Notes: generated by a model not told the origin, from the sequence alone. A stretch of 45,155 nt of DNA from Octopus bimaculoides (GCF_001194135.2 NC_068982.1:62931045-62976199), one strand, 5' to 3'. Shown: positions 11,247 through 22,589, counted from the first letter of the stretch. Made by a program: numbers and translations.

Positions 11247-11781
11247 CTCTTCTTCTTCTTCTTCTTCTTCTTCTTCTTCTTCTTCTTCTTCTCCTCCTCC
11301 TCCTTCTTCTTCTCCTCCTCCTTCTTCTTCTTTTTCTTCTTCTTCTTCTTCTCCTCCTCCTTCTCCTCCTCCTTCTTCTTCTTTTTGTTCTTCTTCTTCT
11401 TCTTCTTCTTCTCCTCCTCCTTCTTCTTCTCCTCCTCCTTCTTCTTCTTTTTCTTCTTCTTCTTCTCCTCCTCCTCCTTCTCCTCCTCCTTCTTCTTCTT
11501 TTTCTTCTTTATCTTCTTCTTCTTCTTCTTCTTCTTCTCCTCCTCCTCTTTCTTCTTCTTTTTCTTCTTCTTCTTCTTCTTCTTCTTCTTCTCCTCGTTC
11601 TTCTTCTTTTTCTTCTTCTTCTTCTTCTTCTTCTTCTTCTCCTTCTTCTTCTTCTTCTTCTTCTTCTTCTTCTTCTTTTTCTTCTTCTTCGTCTTCTTCT
11701 TCTTCTTCTTCTCCTCCTCCTCCTCCTCCTCCTCCTTCTTCTTCTTCTTCTTCTTCATCATCATCATCATCATCATCATCG

Positions 11782-11838
<57 letters not shown>
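11247..11838. repeat. Compound trinucleotide microsatellite (TCT)n/(TCC)n/(TCA)n
   Basis: About 590 bp in register; source of the poly-S/L/E/K/F ORFs. Confidence 0.98.
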
Positions 11839-11839
<1 letters not shown>

Positions 11840-12369
11840 AATTCATCATCACTATTATCTTCATAATTTTCATCTTTATATTGTCGTTGTTCTACATCAT
11901 CCTCATGATGATAATGATAATGATAATGATGATGATGTATTTTTCTTCCTCTTCTTTATATTGTTTTTGTTCTTCTTCTTCCTCATCACCATCATCTTCA
12001 TCTTCCTCAGGGCATCATCGTCATCTTCCTTTTCTACTTTATAATTATTATCATCAGCGTCATCTTTTTCTTTCTTTATTCTTCTCCGTGTTCTTCTTCC
12101 ATTCCCATCTCCTCCTGTTTTTTTTATTATTTTTCGTTCCCGCACCCCAGGACACACACCCACATCGATTTCCACATCACTCACTTTTCCATCAGTTTTG
12201 ACAGTGACCGTGATGACGATGATGACGACGACCACCACCACGATGATGATGGACGAAGTGGGGCTGCTAGTGTAATGGCAGTGGCACCAACTACTTCTAG
12301 TGAAAGTTATAGCAATTCATTGCATTACAGTTCCTCATCATTTCTTTAATCATTAATTTTCCTTCCCCC

Positions 12370-12476
12370 TATATCATTCCCATTATATCATTCCCACTAT
12401 ATCATTCCCACTATATCATTCCCACTATATCATTCCCACTATATCATTCCCACTATATTATTCCCACTATATTATA
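12370..12476. repeat. 14-bp minisatellite (ATATCATTCCCACT)n, about 7.5 copies
   Basis: Near-perfect tandem units, no spacers. Confidence 0.93.
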
Positions 12477-12591
12477 TATCTCTGCATTCACTGCAATACA
12501 GTATATCTGTTCTTATAGTTATCTTTACTACAGTACAATTTGTCTTTCTAACGTATCTACAAAACTATATGTATGTATGTATGTATATATG

Positions 12592-12870
12592 TCTGTGCAC
12601 ACGTTTGAATGTGGTGTGTGCCAGAGGGTTTGCAAATCCAATGGGGGTCTTAAAAGACATGTTAGGATCCACAATGAGCAGAACTTACTTGCAGGTATTG
12701 GTAGTGCAAATCAGAGGTGCAATCTGTGTGGGTGTTTTTTCAAAACACTGTCTGGTTTAAAAAGCCACATCAGACGCCATGAAAGGGCTAAGGTGTAGGT
12801 GCAGGAGGTGGTCAAACTCTGTTTAAGGAGTAGACAACCACCATGTATGTATGAATGGATGTATGTATGT
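12592..12870 (+). mobile_element. 3' end of an RTE-type LINE encoding two C2H2 zinc fingers, with (ATGT)n tail
   Basis: FECGVCQRVCKSNGGLKRHVRIH and RCNLCGCFFKTLSGLKSHIRRH, stop at 12796-12798, short 3' UTR, (ATGT)n; parallels the RTE C-terminus at 14650-15015. Confidence 0.7.
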
Positions 12871-12875
12871 ACGTA

Positions 12876-13374
12876 TAGGCGCACGAGTGGCTGTGTGATA
12901 AGTAGCATGATTACCAACCACCNNNNNNNNNNNNNNNNNNNNNNNNNNNNNNNNNNNNNNNNNNNNNNNNNNNNNNNNNNNNNNNNNNNNNNNNNNNNNN
13001 NNNNNNNNNNNNNNNNNNNNNNNNNNNNNNNNNNNNNNNNNNNNNNNNNNNNNNNNNNNNNNNNNNNNNNNNNNNNNNNNNNNNNNNNNNNNNNNNNNNN
13101 NNNNNNNNNNNNNNNNNNNNNNNNNNNNNNNNNNNNNNNNNNNNNNNNNNNNNNTGTCTGTGTTTGTGTGTCTGTGTTTGTCCCCCCCCCCCACCTCCAA
13201 CATTGCTTGACAGCCGATGCTGGTGTGTTTACGTCCCCGTAACTTAGTGGTTCGGCAAAAGAAACCGATAGAATAAGTACTAGGCTTACAAAGAATAAGT
13301 CCTGGGGTCGATTTGCTCGACTAAAGGTGGTGCTCCAACATGGCCGCAGTCAAATGACTGAAACAAGTAAAGAG
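12876..13374 (+). mobile_element. SINE family A spanning N-gap
   Basis: Head 12876-12922, gap 12923-13154, 3' module 13155-13374. Confidence 0.85.
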
Positions 13375-13484
13375 TATGTATGTATGCGTGTATGTATGCG
13401 CAAATATGTATGTATGTGTGTCACGATATATTTTGTACTGTACCCCAACATTTAATCTTTCAAACATGTATCTTTACATCTTTT

Positions 13485-13835
13485 ATATTTCACTTGCGTC
13501 ACTCATTAGATTGCGACCATGCTAGTGCAACGCATTCAAGGATTTAATCGAAAAAATCGGCCCCAGTACATTTTTTAATGCTTGGCACTTATTCTGTTGG
13601 TTTCATTTTGACGAATTACTAGGTCACAGGAACATTAATATAACAAAAACAGTTGTCAAGTTTGTGAGGAACACAAATACAAAGACGAGCGCGCACGAAC
13701 ACATGCGCACGCACACACGCGCACGCACACATATATACGGGGCTTCTTTCAGTTTCCGTCTACCTAATCCAATCACAAGGGTTTGGTCGATTTAGAGGAG
13801 ACACTCGCCAAAGGTGTCACGCAGTGGGACTGAAC
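13485..13835 (-). mobile_element. Old SINE family A copy
   Basis: GGGCTTCTTTCAGTTTCCGTCTACC at ~13740-13764; degraded 3' module at 13485-13690. Confidence 0.7.
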
Positions 13836-13894
13836 TTGTGGAACGTTGGTACACATACGCTTGTATAAATAAATAAAAAGATGTATACATACAT

Positions 13895-13938
<44 letters not shown>

Positions 13939-14170
13939 NNNNNNNNNNNNNNNNNNNNNNNNNNNNNNNNNNNNNNNNNNNNNNNNNNNNNNNNNNNNNN
14001 NNNNNNNNNNNNNNNNNNNNNNNNNNNNNNNNNNNNNNNNNNNNNNNNNNNNNNNNNNNNNNNNNNNNNNNNNNNNNNNNNNNNNNNNNNNNNNNNNNNN
14101 NNNNNNNNNNNNNNNNNNNNNNNNNNNNNNNNNNNNNNNNNNNNNNNNNNNNNNNNNNNNNNNNNNNNNN

Positions 14171-14310
14171 GCGTTAAAGACTTTCTCACTTCCCGAGAGT
14201 TAAACTAATACATCTTTTTGTTGTTTAAACACCCGTCTTCATCCTTTGTGTTTTTTGTAAATTCTCACTATATATATATATATATATATATAGTGAGAAT
14301 TTACAAAAAA
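14171..14310. repeat. Interspersed repeat end with a perfect 60-bp palindrome (14251-14310)
   Basis: TTTTTTGTAAATTCTCAC-(TA)12-GTGAGAATTTACAAAAAA is its own reverse complement. Confidence 0.8.
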
Positions 14311-14390
14311 TATGATTGTATCTATGTATGTATGTATGTATGTATGTATGTATGAATGGATGTATATATATATATATACATATACATATA

Positions 14391-14557
14391 TACGACGGGC
14401 TTCTTTCAGTTTCCGTCTACCAAATCCACACACAAGGCTTTGGTCGGCCCGAGGCTATAGTAGAAGACACTTGTTCAAAGTGCCACGCAGTGGGCCTGAA
14501 CCCGGAACCAGGTGGTTGGTAATCATGCTACTTATCACACAGCCACTCCTGCGCCTA
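14391..14557 (-). mobile_element. SINE family A 5' half
   Basis: Head through GAAAGAAGCCCGTCG; no 3' module follows. Confidence 0.9.
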
Positions 14558-14649
14558 TACGTACATACATACATCCATTCATACATACATACATACATAC
14601 ATACATCCATTCATACATACATACATACATACATACATACATACATACA

Positions 14650-15927
14650 TGATTGTTTCCTCTTGACAGACGATAGCCGTCCCATCAACACACACATACA
14701 CACACAGCACACCCCATCACACAGCACAATGCCTCCGCTGATGTGCCTTCAGATGACTTTTAAGACCAGTTACAAGTGACAGGTATTCAAGTTTCTTCTA
14801 TATCTTTGCCCTTTGGAATCTGATTCTGAATGAATGTTTTTGTGAACTAGCAAATGTCTTTTAAGTCAAGTTTTGTGACATATGACGCAAGTTGTAAGAG
14901 GTGGTTGGTGTCCAAGATCATTACCTATCTGGGCATTTCGATTTTCATGTGACTTCATGATTCACGTATCCTGCTTTTGACAACAGAACACGGTCACACA
15001 TAAGACATATCCAATGTTCACAGTTGATTTCACTTTCAATTGTTCCTTTGCGACAGGCTCTTTTGAGCTCTGAGTACTGAATCATCTTTTCCTCCCAGGC
15101 ATTGCAACCAGTCCTAACTGTACCTCTCCACTTGTTCCGATCCAGAACATCAATTTCCCAATCTCTTTTGTTCATATCTAGTTTCTTCAGGTTTTCCTTC
15201 TCACAGTCTTTATACCTTTTCCTCAGCTTATATTGTGGCTGAGCTCACCATAAAAAAGGCTCTTTAGCAATTGCCCATCTTTCATTCTAATAATATGTCC
15301 AGCCAATCTTATTTGAGCCAAGATAACATGGAGCTACAGCATTTCATGTGCAAAACTTCTGTATTTGGTATGAAACATTCCCACTTGTCTTCCAAGATAC
15401 ATCTGAGGCACTCTTGATGAAATCTCTCCAGCATTTTCATATGATGCCTGTAAGTAGTCCACGTCTCATTTGAATAAAGAAGTACTGTCAATGCACACGT
15501 TTTATAGACACTGATTTTTGTCTGCAGGAAAATACCTCTATTCGCCCATACTCGGTTTTTGAGCTTTCCAAATGCAAATCTTCCCTTCCCTTATTCGATA
15601 GTATATCTCTGCATCAAGACCACCGTCTCTTGACAGTGTGCTTCCAAGGTAAACAAAGGTGTCAATGACTTCTAACTTGGTTCCATTCACAAAAATGTTT
15701 GGTTCAGAATATGCTTGTCCTGGCGTGGGAGTAAACATTACTTTGGTTTTTTCCAAGACCAATTGTGAGTCCGAAATGTACACATACAGTGGAAAATCTG
15801 TTCATTATATATTGCATATCCCCCTCTGAGTATGCCATCAAATCAGCATCATTAGCGTAAAGTAATTCTCTTTTGAAAGTTTTCGCTTTGCAGTTAAACC
15901 GAGTTAGATTGAAAAAGCGACCACTCT
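14650..15927 (-). mobile_element. 5'-truncated RTE (BovB-like) LINE: RT C-terminus, thumb region, three C2H2 fingers, (ATGT)n tail; frameshifted
   Basis: SGRFFNL...ELLYANDADL (YADD-like, 15848-15859), KTKVMF, FVYLGSTLS, VLLYSNETWTTYRHH..LERFHQECLRCIL, WAGHIIRM, WICLMCDR. Confidence 0.92.
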
Positions 15928-16350
15928 CTTCACCGAGGGCAACATTACCTCCTCAAGGCTCTTGATGGAGGCCTCGGTGTTGTGTGTGAGGCTGTGTGAG
16001 AAGATGAATAGAGGCATAACGTCGCCATCACTAGTGATCACTCCAAACACCATGATGTTGATTGGATGTTTGATTTTTATCACTCTCGGTACATGTCCTC
16101 AAATTGTGCTGACCTCAGATTGACGCTTAAACACAGGGAAATGTTCGCATTGGAGTTTCCGGCGCCAATGCCAGTACACAGTACAGCATGTCGTTTCCAA
16201 ATTTCTGGCAGAGGGAATTTTGTCATGGTGATATTTTGCCCACAAATGGTGCACAACTGACCCTACTACTGTGTAGTCAACAAAGTCAAAACCAACCAAT
16301 GCGCATGCGCGAAACTAAAAATATAAAATGGCGATAATTTCTTTCGCACA
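15916..16350 (-). mobile_element. Internally deleted Tc1/mariner-type transposon fragment
   Basis: N-terminal MTKFPLPEIWKRHAVL joined to a DDE-region-like KIKHPINIMVFGVITSDGDVMPLFIF..NTEASIKSLEEVMLP; ends not resolved. Confidence 0.65.
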
Positions 16351-16416
16351 CTTTCTATGCACACACACACACACACACACGCGCGCGCGCGCACACACAC
16401 ACACACAAATATATAT

Positions 16417-16641
16417 ACTCTTTACTCTTTACTCTTTTACTCCTTTACTTGTTTCAGTCTTTTTGACTGTGGCCATGCTGGAGCACCGCCTTTAGTCGAG
16501 CAAATCGACCCCAGGACTTATTCTTTAGACGCCTAGTACTTATTCTATCGGTTTCTTTTGCCGAACCGCTAAGTTACGGGGACATAAACACACCAGCATC
16601 GGTTGTCAAGCGATGTTGGGGGGACAAACACAGACACACAA

Positions 16642-16688
<47 letters not shown>

Positions 16689-16855
16689 TACGACGGGCTT
16701 CTTTCAGTTTCCGTCTACCAAATCCACTCACAAGGCTTTGGTCGGACCGAGGCTATAGTAGAAGACACTTGCCCAAGATGCCACGCAGTGGGACTGAACC
16801 CGGGACCATGTGGTTGGTAAACAAGCTACTTACCACACAGCCACTCCTACGCCTA
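16417..16855 (-). mobile_element. SINE family A, full length
   Basis: Complete gap-free copy with (CTCTTTTA)n-like tail and internal (CA)n(TA)n. Confidence 0.94.
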
Positions 16856-16881
16856 TGCATATTCTTTTATTATTTTATTTG

Positions 16882-17270
16882 TTTTACTTGATTCAGTCAT
16901 ATTTGACTGCTGCCATGCTGGAGCACCACCTTAAAGGGTTTTAGTCGAAGAAACTGATCCCAGGATTTATTCTTTGTAAGTGTAGTACTTAATCTACAGG
17001 TCAAGAGATGGTAGTGACACACAGACACACAAATATATATATGTATGTGTGTGTGTGTGTGTACAGGGTGATCTTCCATACAGCTTCATCTGCGAGTTTC
17101 ACTTACAAGGTACTATTGTATCCAAGACTGTAATATAGGATACATGCCCTAGGTGACTTGCAGTGGCACTGAACTCAAAACCAGGTTTCCAAGCAGTAGG
17201 ATGTGGCACTGAACCGGAAACCACGTTGTTAGGAAGCAGACTTCTTACCACACAGCTACGCCTGCGCCTG
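16882..17270 (-). mobile_element. Degraded SINE family A-related copy
   Basis: GCCATGCTGGAGCACCACC 3' module and CTTACCACACAGCTACGCCTGCGCC head. Confidence 0.7.
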
Positions 17271-17542
17271 TATGTATACCTTTGTGCTTGCATGTGTCTA
17301 TGCTTTCTTTTAAAAACTTAATGCCAAGTTAAAATAAAATAATAGAAATGAATATCGCATAAAATGCACAAACATATACAAGTCACCTCCGACCCAAAGT
17401 ATTTTGGCCACGCGACTTCGGCGGGAAAAATATAGATGGGTACTTTTTGAACGTACCTTATGCATCTACACTATCACATGTGTGTTTGTACATGTATGTA
17501 TGTATGTATGTATGTATGTATGTCATAGTTCAAGTTTATTTC

Positions 17543-17630
17543 AAGATTTCTTGCCGATAAAAAGCCAGTTTCTAAACTAGATTCGAGACTCCTTCATTGG
17601 AATTTCAGCATCAACAACAGGGTATTTTTA
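17543..17630 (-). mobile_element. Repeat family F (retroposon 3' end associated with (CATA)n)
   Basis: TTTCTTGCC...CTCCTTCATTGGAATTTC...CAACAACAGGGTA; homologues at 40010-40061 and 40291-40398, all flanked by (TATG)n. Confidence 0.6.
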
Positions 17631-17809
17631 TTTGTTTGTGTATGTATGTATGTATGTATGTATGTATGTATGTATGTATGTATGTGTGCAGATTTGTATG
17701 TTTTGCTTTATGTATGTATTCTCATGCATATCGTTGCATATCTAGACATGTTCATATACATTTAAATGATAAGGTGGCGTACTCTTGGTGATCAACTGTC
17801 ATAGGGGAG

Positions 17810-17868
<59 letters not shown>

Positions 17869-18029
17869 AGTAAGAACACAAATGGGTTGACATTCACTAC
17901 AGGTGTTTCAGACTCATTTATATTGATAAACAAATCAGTTACACCATGAAAAAATAAACAAAAAACAGTTTCCATCAGGTGAATTAAAATTCAAATCTAA
18001 AACTTAACATTTAAGATTTGGTTAATAAA

Positions 18030-19800
18030 GAAAATATGCTGACTCCCATATCCCGGTGAGGATCAATAGAGCGGATATACAAATTATAGCACGACCTTAT
18101 ACACACATATTTCTTGGGATACTGCTTGTATGATATGACACGATTGGCACAGTTATTGTTAGAAAAGTTGATTCTACCGTTTCAAACGCTTCGTAGCGAC
18201 AAATAGTGTATTAATTGCATATTTGCTCGTTATTGTTCATTCATATTGTGGATTGCCGTTAATGTAGAGTTTATTGACACACAAGTTAAGACGAACCTTA
18301 AAGGACACTATGGATCTTTTTTAAAACGGGGGCCACATTTTTCATTAATGTTTTACGTAGTGTTTTTGGTACCGAAAGACTTTCAAACTTCGTATACTTA
18401 TCTATTTTGTGTTATAGAACAGAAAAATATTTTTGTATTCGAATTTATTTCATGTAAAAAATTGTCTTATTTCGATAATTTCAACCAATCACTGACGTCC
18501 ATTCAGCCGATATACATTAAGTGCCGACTACATAAACAAACGATTCTTCGTTTTATTTGCTTTTTTCATTTTAAATTTGCTTTAACCCTAACCCTAACCC
18601 TAACCCTAACCCTAACCCGAGGGTTAGGGTTAGGGTTAGGGTTAATTGTTTCAGAATCGTTTGTTTATGTAGTCGACACTTAATGTATATCGGCTGAATG
18701 GACGTCAGTGATTGGTTGAAATTACAGAAATACGACAACTTTAACATGGAATAATTTATGGATTTCTTTTTTTTTTAAGAAGACTAAGAGAAAAAGATGT
18801 TTTATATGACACATTCTACCAGTGTTCCAAGTTTCAAAGTGTTTCGTTAATGAAAAATGTGGCCCCCGTTTTAAAAAAAGATCCGACACTATTCCATCAT
18901 TTGAATAAAACACTGAAAATCTAGTGTAGGTTTCACAGTTCATTATGATATTAATCCAATTTCGGTTCATGAATAAGTAATCAATGTGAGCTATAACACA
19001 TTTTTTTGAAATCAGTTTACCATTCGTTTTCTGGAAATTTCAATTTAAATACGACAGCCTCATTATGATACAAGCTCATACTGGCGTTGACCTATCAATT
19101 AATGTAAGTACATTTGTGAAAAATAGGATTCAAATTTTCACTACATCCAATTCGCGCATTCATATCTCTTCCTATGATCATGACATTATACTTTGGTAAT
19201 TTTCGACACGTATATTATTTTGATCATAGCAGGAGATCACTAATGATTTCCATTAAAGTAGCAATTACTATTGTAGGGCCTTTTATATACTGTTTAATGT
19301 CTTGTCTGCTTTTGGGTTGAGAAATATACCTACTCCATGGATATCGCAATGATAGTTTTTCATGTGGAGGTAAACGAAATATCACGATGTTTGAAGACTA
19401 ATTTATTATGAAGTCGGTGTCCTTGAATATATATGATTATCGATATTGTAGGCAATTGCTCCAGCTACAAATTCAAGAAATAGGTTGACTGGATTCATAG
19501 TTCTTATCTGTAGCCTGTTGGATATGATATCTATGATCGCTAGTTCAGTAGATGTTAGAAGTGGTTTACTTTAAGAAGTATTTAACTCTGATTAATGTAA
19601 TTAATACAGATACATCTTCCAGGAACTTGTAAGTTTCACCGTTGACTGTTACTTGAGTGATTCCTCAGCCAAAGTGAACATCGACCGTACTGTTTGCCAT
19701 GCCTTCTTTGATGGCGATTTCCATTTAGTCAAATTCTTCGCTTCAGATCTACCGCGCTTCGTTTGATCCTATCAGAAATAATATCCATCCGGTATATCTG
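18030..19800 (-). mobile_element. Inverted 5' half (APE endonuclease and linker) of a degenerate RTE-X-like LINE; interrupted by a MITE
   Basis: Minus-strand remnants IRTMN, GVGIFLNPKA, YNVMIIGRDMNARIG, IDYLFMNRNWINIIMNCETY, KVRLNL, WES occur in canonical endonuclease-linker order. Confidence 0.75.
18312..18884. mobile_element. Foldback MITE with GG termini and 8-bp TSD (Merlin-like); telomeric-repeat core
   Basis: ~38-bp TIR GGATCTTTTTTAAAACGGGGGCCACATTTTTCATTAA; perfect TSD GACACTAT at 18304-18311 and 18885-18892; inner ~70-bp inverted repeat at 18478-18546 / 18652-18723. Confidence 0.9.
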
Positions 19801-21400
19801 TTTGGGGTGTAGGCATGTGCAAGACCACAATTGTGGCAGGAATCGTTGGGGAAATTTTCTAAGGAAAACTCAAATCCTTACTGAAATTGTCGTAGAAACT
19901 TACATTAACTACGAATCAAACATCAAAGCAGGTAACTTCACATTAGCAGTCGGCAACTATCAGAGTCTAAAGCAGAAAATGAAGTACCTTCGGTTTGGAC
20001 AACAAACCCACTTCGGTCTAAGCAACAAGCCCACTACGGCAGGGAAAACCGGGCCATTTATTGATATACCTCTCTAGCTGCGCATCTCAGTATACACGGA
20101 AACTAAATCGATAAATGCATGAAAGGACGAATTCCCTGCATTTCCTTAAAAGTAGTGACTTAACCTTTGTACAGATTTACCGTAGTATCATATCAGCAAT
20201 AGCTATGCAATTGTATCTAGTTGGAGCTCAAGAAAACTTTTCGTACCAACCATAATGGATACAGAAAAAATAACTGAGCAAATGTTAATCGTCAGACGAT
20301 TTATTGAGACTGTTCAAAATAAACAGTCATCCTGTCATTCTATTAATCGTGGATTTCTCAAAATTATTTAACTCAGTTCACGGAGTTTACATACAACAAA
20401 TTCCGCTAGTCTATGGATTCACTCAAGAAATAATAGATGCAATAAGGATGTGCTACACAACACTGAAGCTAAGGTACGTTCACCTGGAAGAGACAGAAAT
20501 TTAGGTCATTGTTGTTGATGTCTTATCTAAATACAAATTTGCAACATTTAGTTATTCTTAATCTGTCTCTAATCTATTTTTCAGTTAATCATAACAAGAA
20601 ATATGGCTTACTCTCACAAAATCAAGAAGCTCCAAAAAGACTGCCTCTACAATAACGCATGTAGATGACCTGGCTTTATTGATGGTAAAATTGCAAGAGG
20701 CATTAATCTACTTCACAGTCTGGAAAATATGGCGGGAAGCATTGGTCACTATGATAATGCTAGAAAAATGGAATTCATCAAATACATCTTGGAAAGTGCT
20801 TTGATCTCGCTGACTGGAAGCTCGATAAAACTAGTAGATTCTATCACTGGGAGCAAGTGCTAAAAGGCGTATAAAGCAAAGCTTTTTAACAAAATATTAA
20901 AAAATCTAAGCATAATACGGAAACCTAAACTCCCAAAGAATCTGAAAAGGAACTTCTTCCGCGTTGTGGTTGATTCTGTATAACCTTATGGCTTTTGCAG
21001 TTCGACACTAACCAGAAGGCTTAAAACTATACTAGGGAACATCAAAAGCATGATCATTACTTTTTTATATTTTGAATATATTCTGAAAAGAACAACCTTC
21101 AAAATAAAGATTATATCATAATTTTCCTAAAGTAAAAGATACTACTCAAGAAAGAAGAGTTAATTTTATAAGACACTGCTGGAGATGCAAGGAAGAACTC
21201 GTTAGTGACATACTGCGTTGGACATCTTGAAATTGTTGTGATCGCTTTGGTCTCGTTGCGGAGGTATACGCTGACCAATTAATCAACTAGTGACATTGGA
21301 TGTCCCTGATAAGATGTAGCATATGTCAGGGAAGATACAGATGGCTGAAGGATTCGGGTTATAAAAAATCGTGCAATGATGATGTTGATGACGATGATAA
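19800..21400 (+). mobile_element. RT-containing 3' half of the degenerate RTE-X-like LINE with (TGA)n tail
   Basis: VDFSKLFNSVH (~20349-20381), HVDDLALL (20658-), LKRNFFRVVVDSV, RHCWRCKEELVSDILRWT; many stops and frameshifts. Confidence 0.88.
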
Positions 21401-21754
21401 TGGTAATGGTGATAAAGATGCTTGTATATGTATGTGTTATTTATGTATTTATGTGTGTGTATGTATGTATTTATACATATGTGTGTGTATGTATATATGT
21501 ATGTATATATGTGTGTGTGTGTGTGTGTACATATATGGTGTGTGCGTATGCATATACATAAATACATGCACACACACATACACACATTGTGTACATACGC
21601 AGATATATAAAGTCAGATGTATGGTAACACAAGAACTGGTATAAATGTGTGTACGTGTGCGTGTATACGCATACGCATACACACATATACACATACACAC
21701 ACACATATAGTATGTGCACATGCGTGGTTATGTGTATGTGTGTCTGTGCATAAG

Positions 21755-21817
<63 letters not shown>

Positions 21818-21818
21818 A
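21755..21818. repeat. (AAAG)n microsatellite
   Basis: Tetranucleotide run. Confidence 0.95.
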
Positions 21819-22589
21819 ATATGTAGGCATGTAGACAGTTACAAACATACGTCAATTTGAATGATAAATAACAGTTCGAAATATTGAGTTGGCAGAAAAA
21901 TTGAAGTGAATTTCTTGTTATTCCTTAAGAGGTTTATAATGTTTTGTACAGTAAAAGCCTACAAAACACTAACTTTAACTTTAACCAGTGATTCATATTT
22001 CTCGCCGCCCCTCTCTTTCTATCTGTGTGTGCGTTTCGTTCAAAACTGGTTGTGTTGTGATAGCATATTCATGTTTTTGCGTATGTGTATATATGCATAC
22101 CTGTGTGATATTACATAGCTTTGTGTCTTTGTAAATTTATATATATATGTGTGTATGTGTGTATTGTATTTTTTAAGATAAGTTTTAATGTTTCTGTGTG
22201 TGTGTTAGAGAGAGAGAGAGTCTTTATATACAGGGTGTATATGTGGAATTTGTGCATGAGAGTGTCTACGCGTGTTTGCTTGAATAAATGTGTGCCTATA
22301 TGTGTGATTGCGTATCAGTGTGTCTATGTATTTTTATGTGTGCATGTGATCATGTGTGTGTGAGTGAGTGTTGCTGTGCGTCGTAAATCAATGTTTTGGT
22401 GCTGAAGTTGTGCGTGCGTGTGTATGCCTGTGAAGTTTTGCATGTGTGTGTGGTGGTAGTGGTGGTGGTGGTGTATGTGTGTGTGTGTGTCTATGTGTGT
22501 TTGTGTGTGTGTCTATGTGAATTTTTGTATGTTTGCTTGTGTGTGCGTGTGTGTGAAGTTTTGTGTGTCTGCTTGTGTTTTTGTGTAAG

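Noticed and set aside
11104-12241. Long poly-S/L/E/K/F ORFs
   Set aside because: These are translations of (TCT)/(TCC)/(TCA)n microsatellites, open in several frames on both strands; no coding signal
12370-12476. Regular short repeats resembling a CRISPR array
   Set aside because: 14-bp units are directly adjacent with no unique spacers, and the context is eukaryotic
12577-12798. Host C2H2 zinc-finger gene exon
   Set aside because: No TGEKP linker or clear acceptor; followed by a LINE-like 3' UTR and (ATGT)n tail, and it parallels the neighbouring RTE C-terminus
18584-18644. Telomere or chromosome-fusion scar
   Set aside because: Only about 9 units, in CCCTAA-then-TTAGGG orientation (opposite to an end-to-end fusion), and enclosed by TIRs and a TSD
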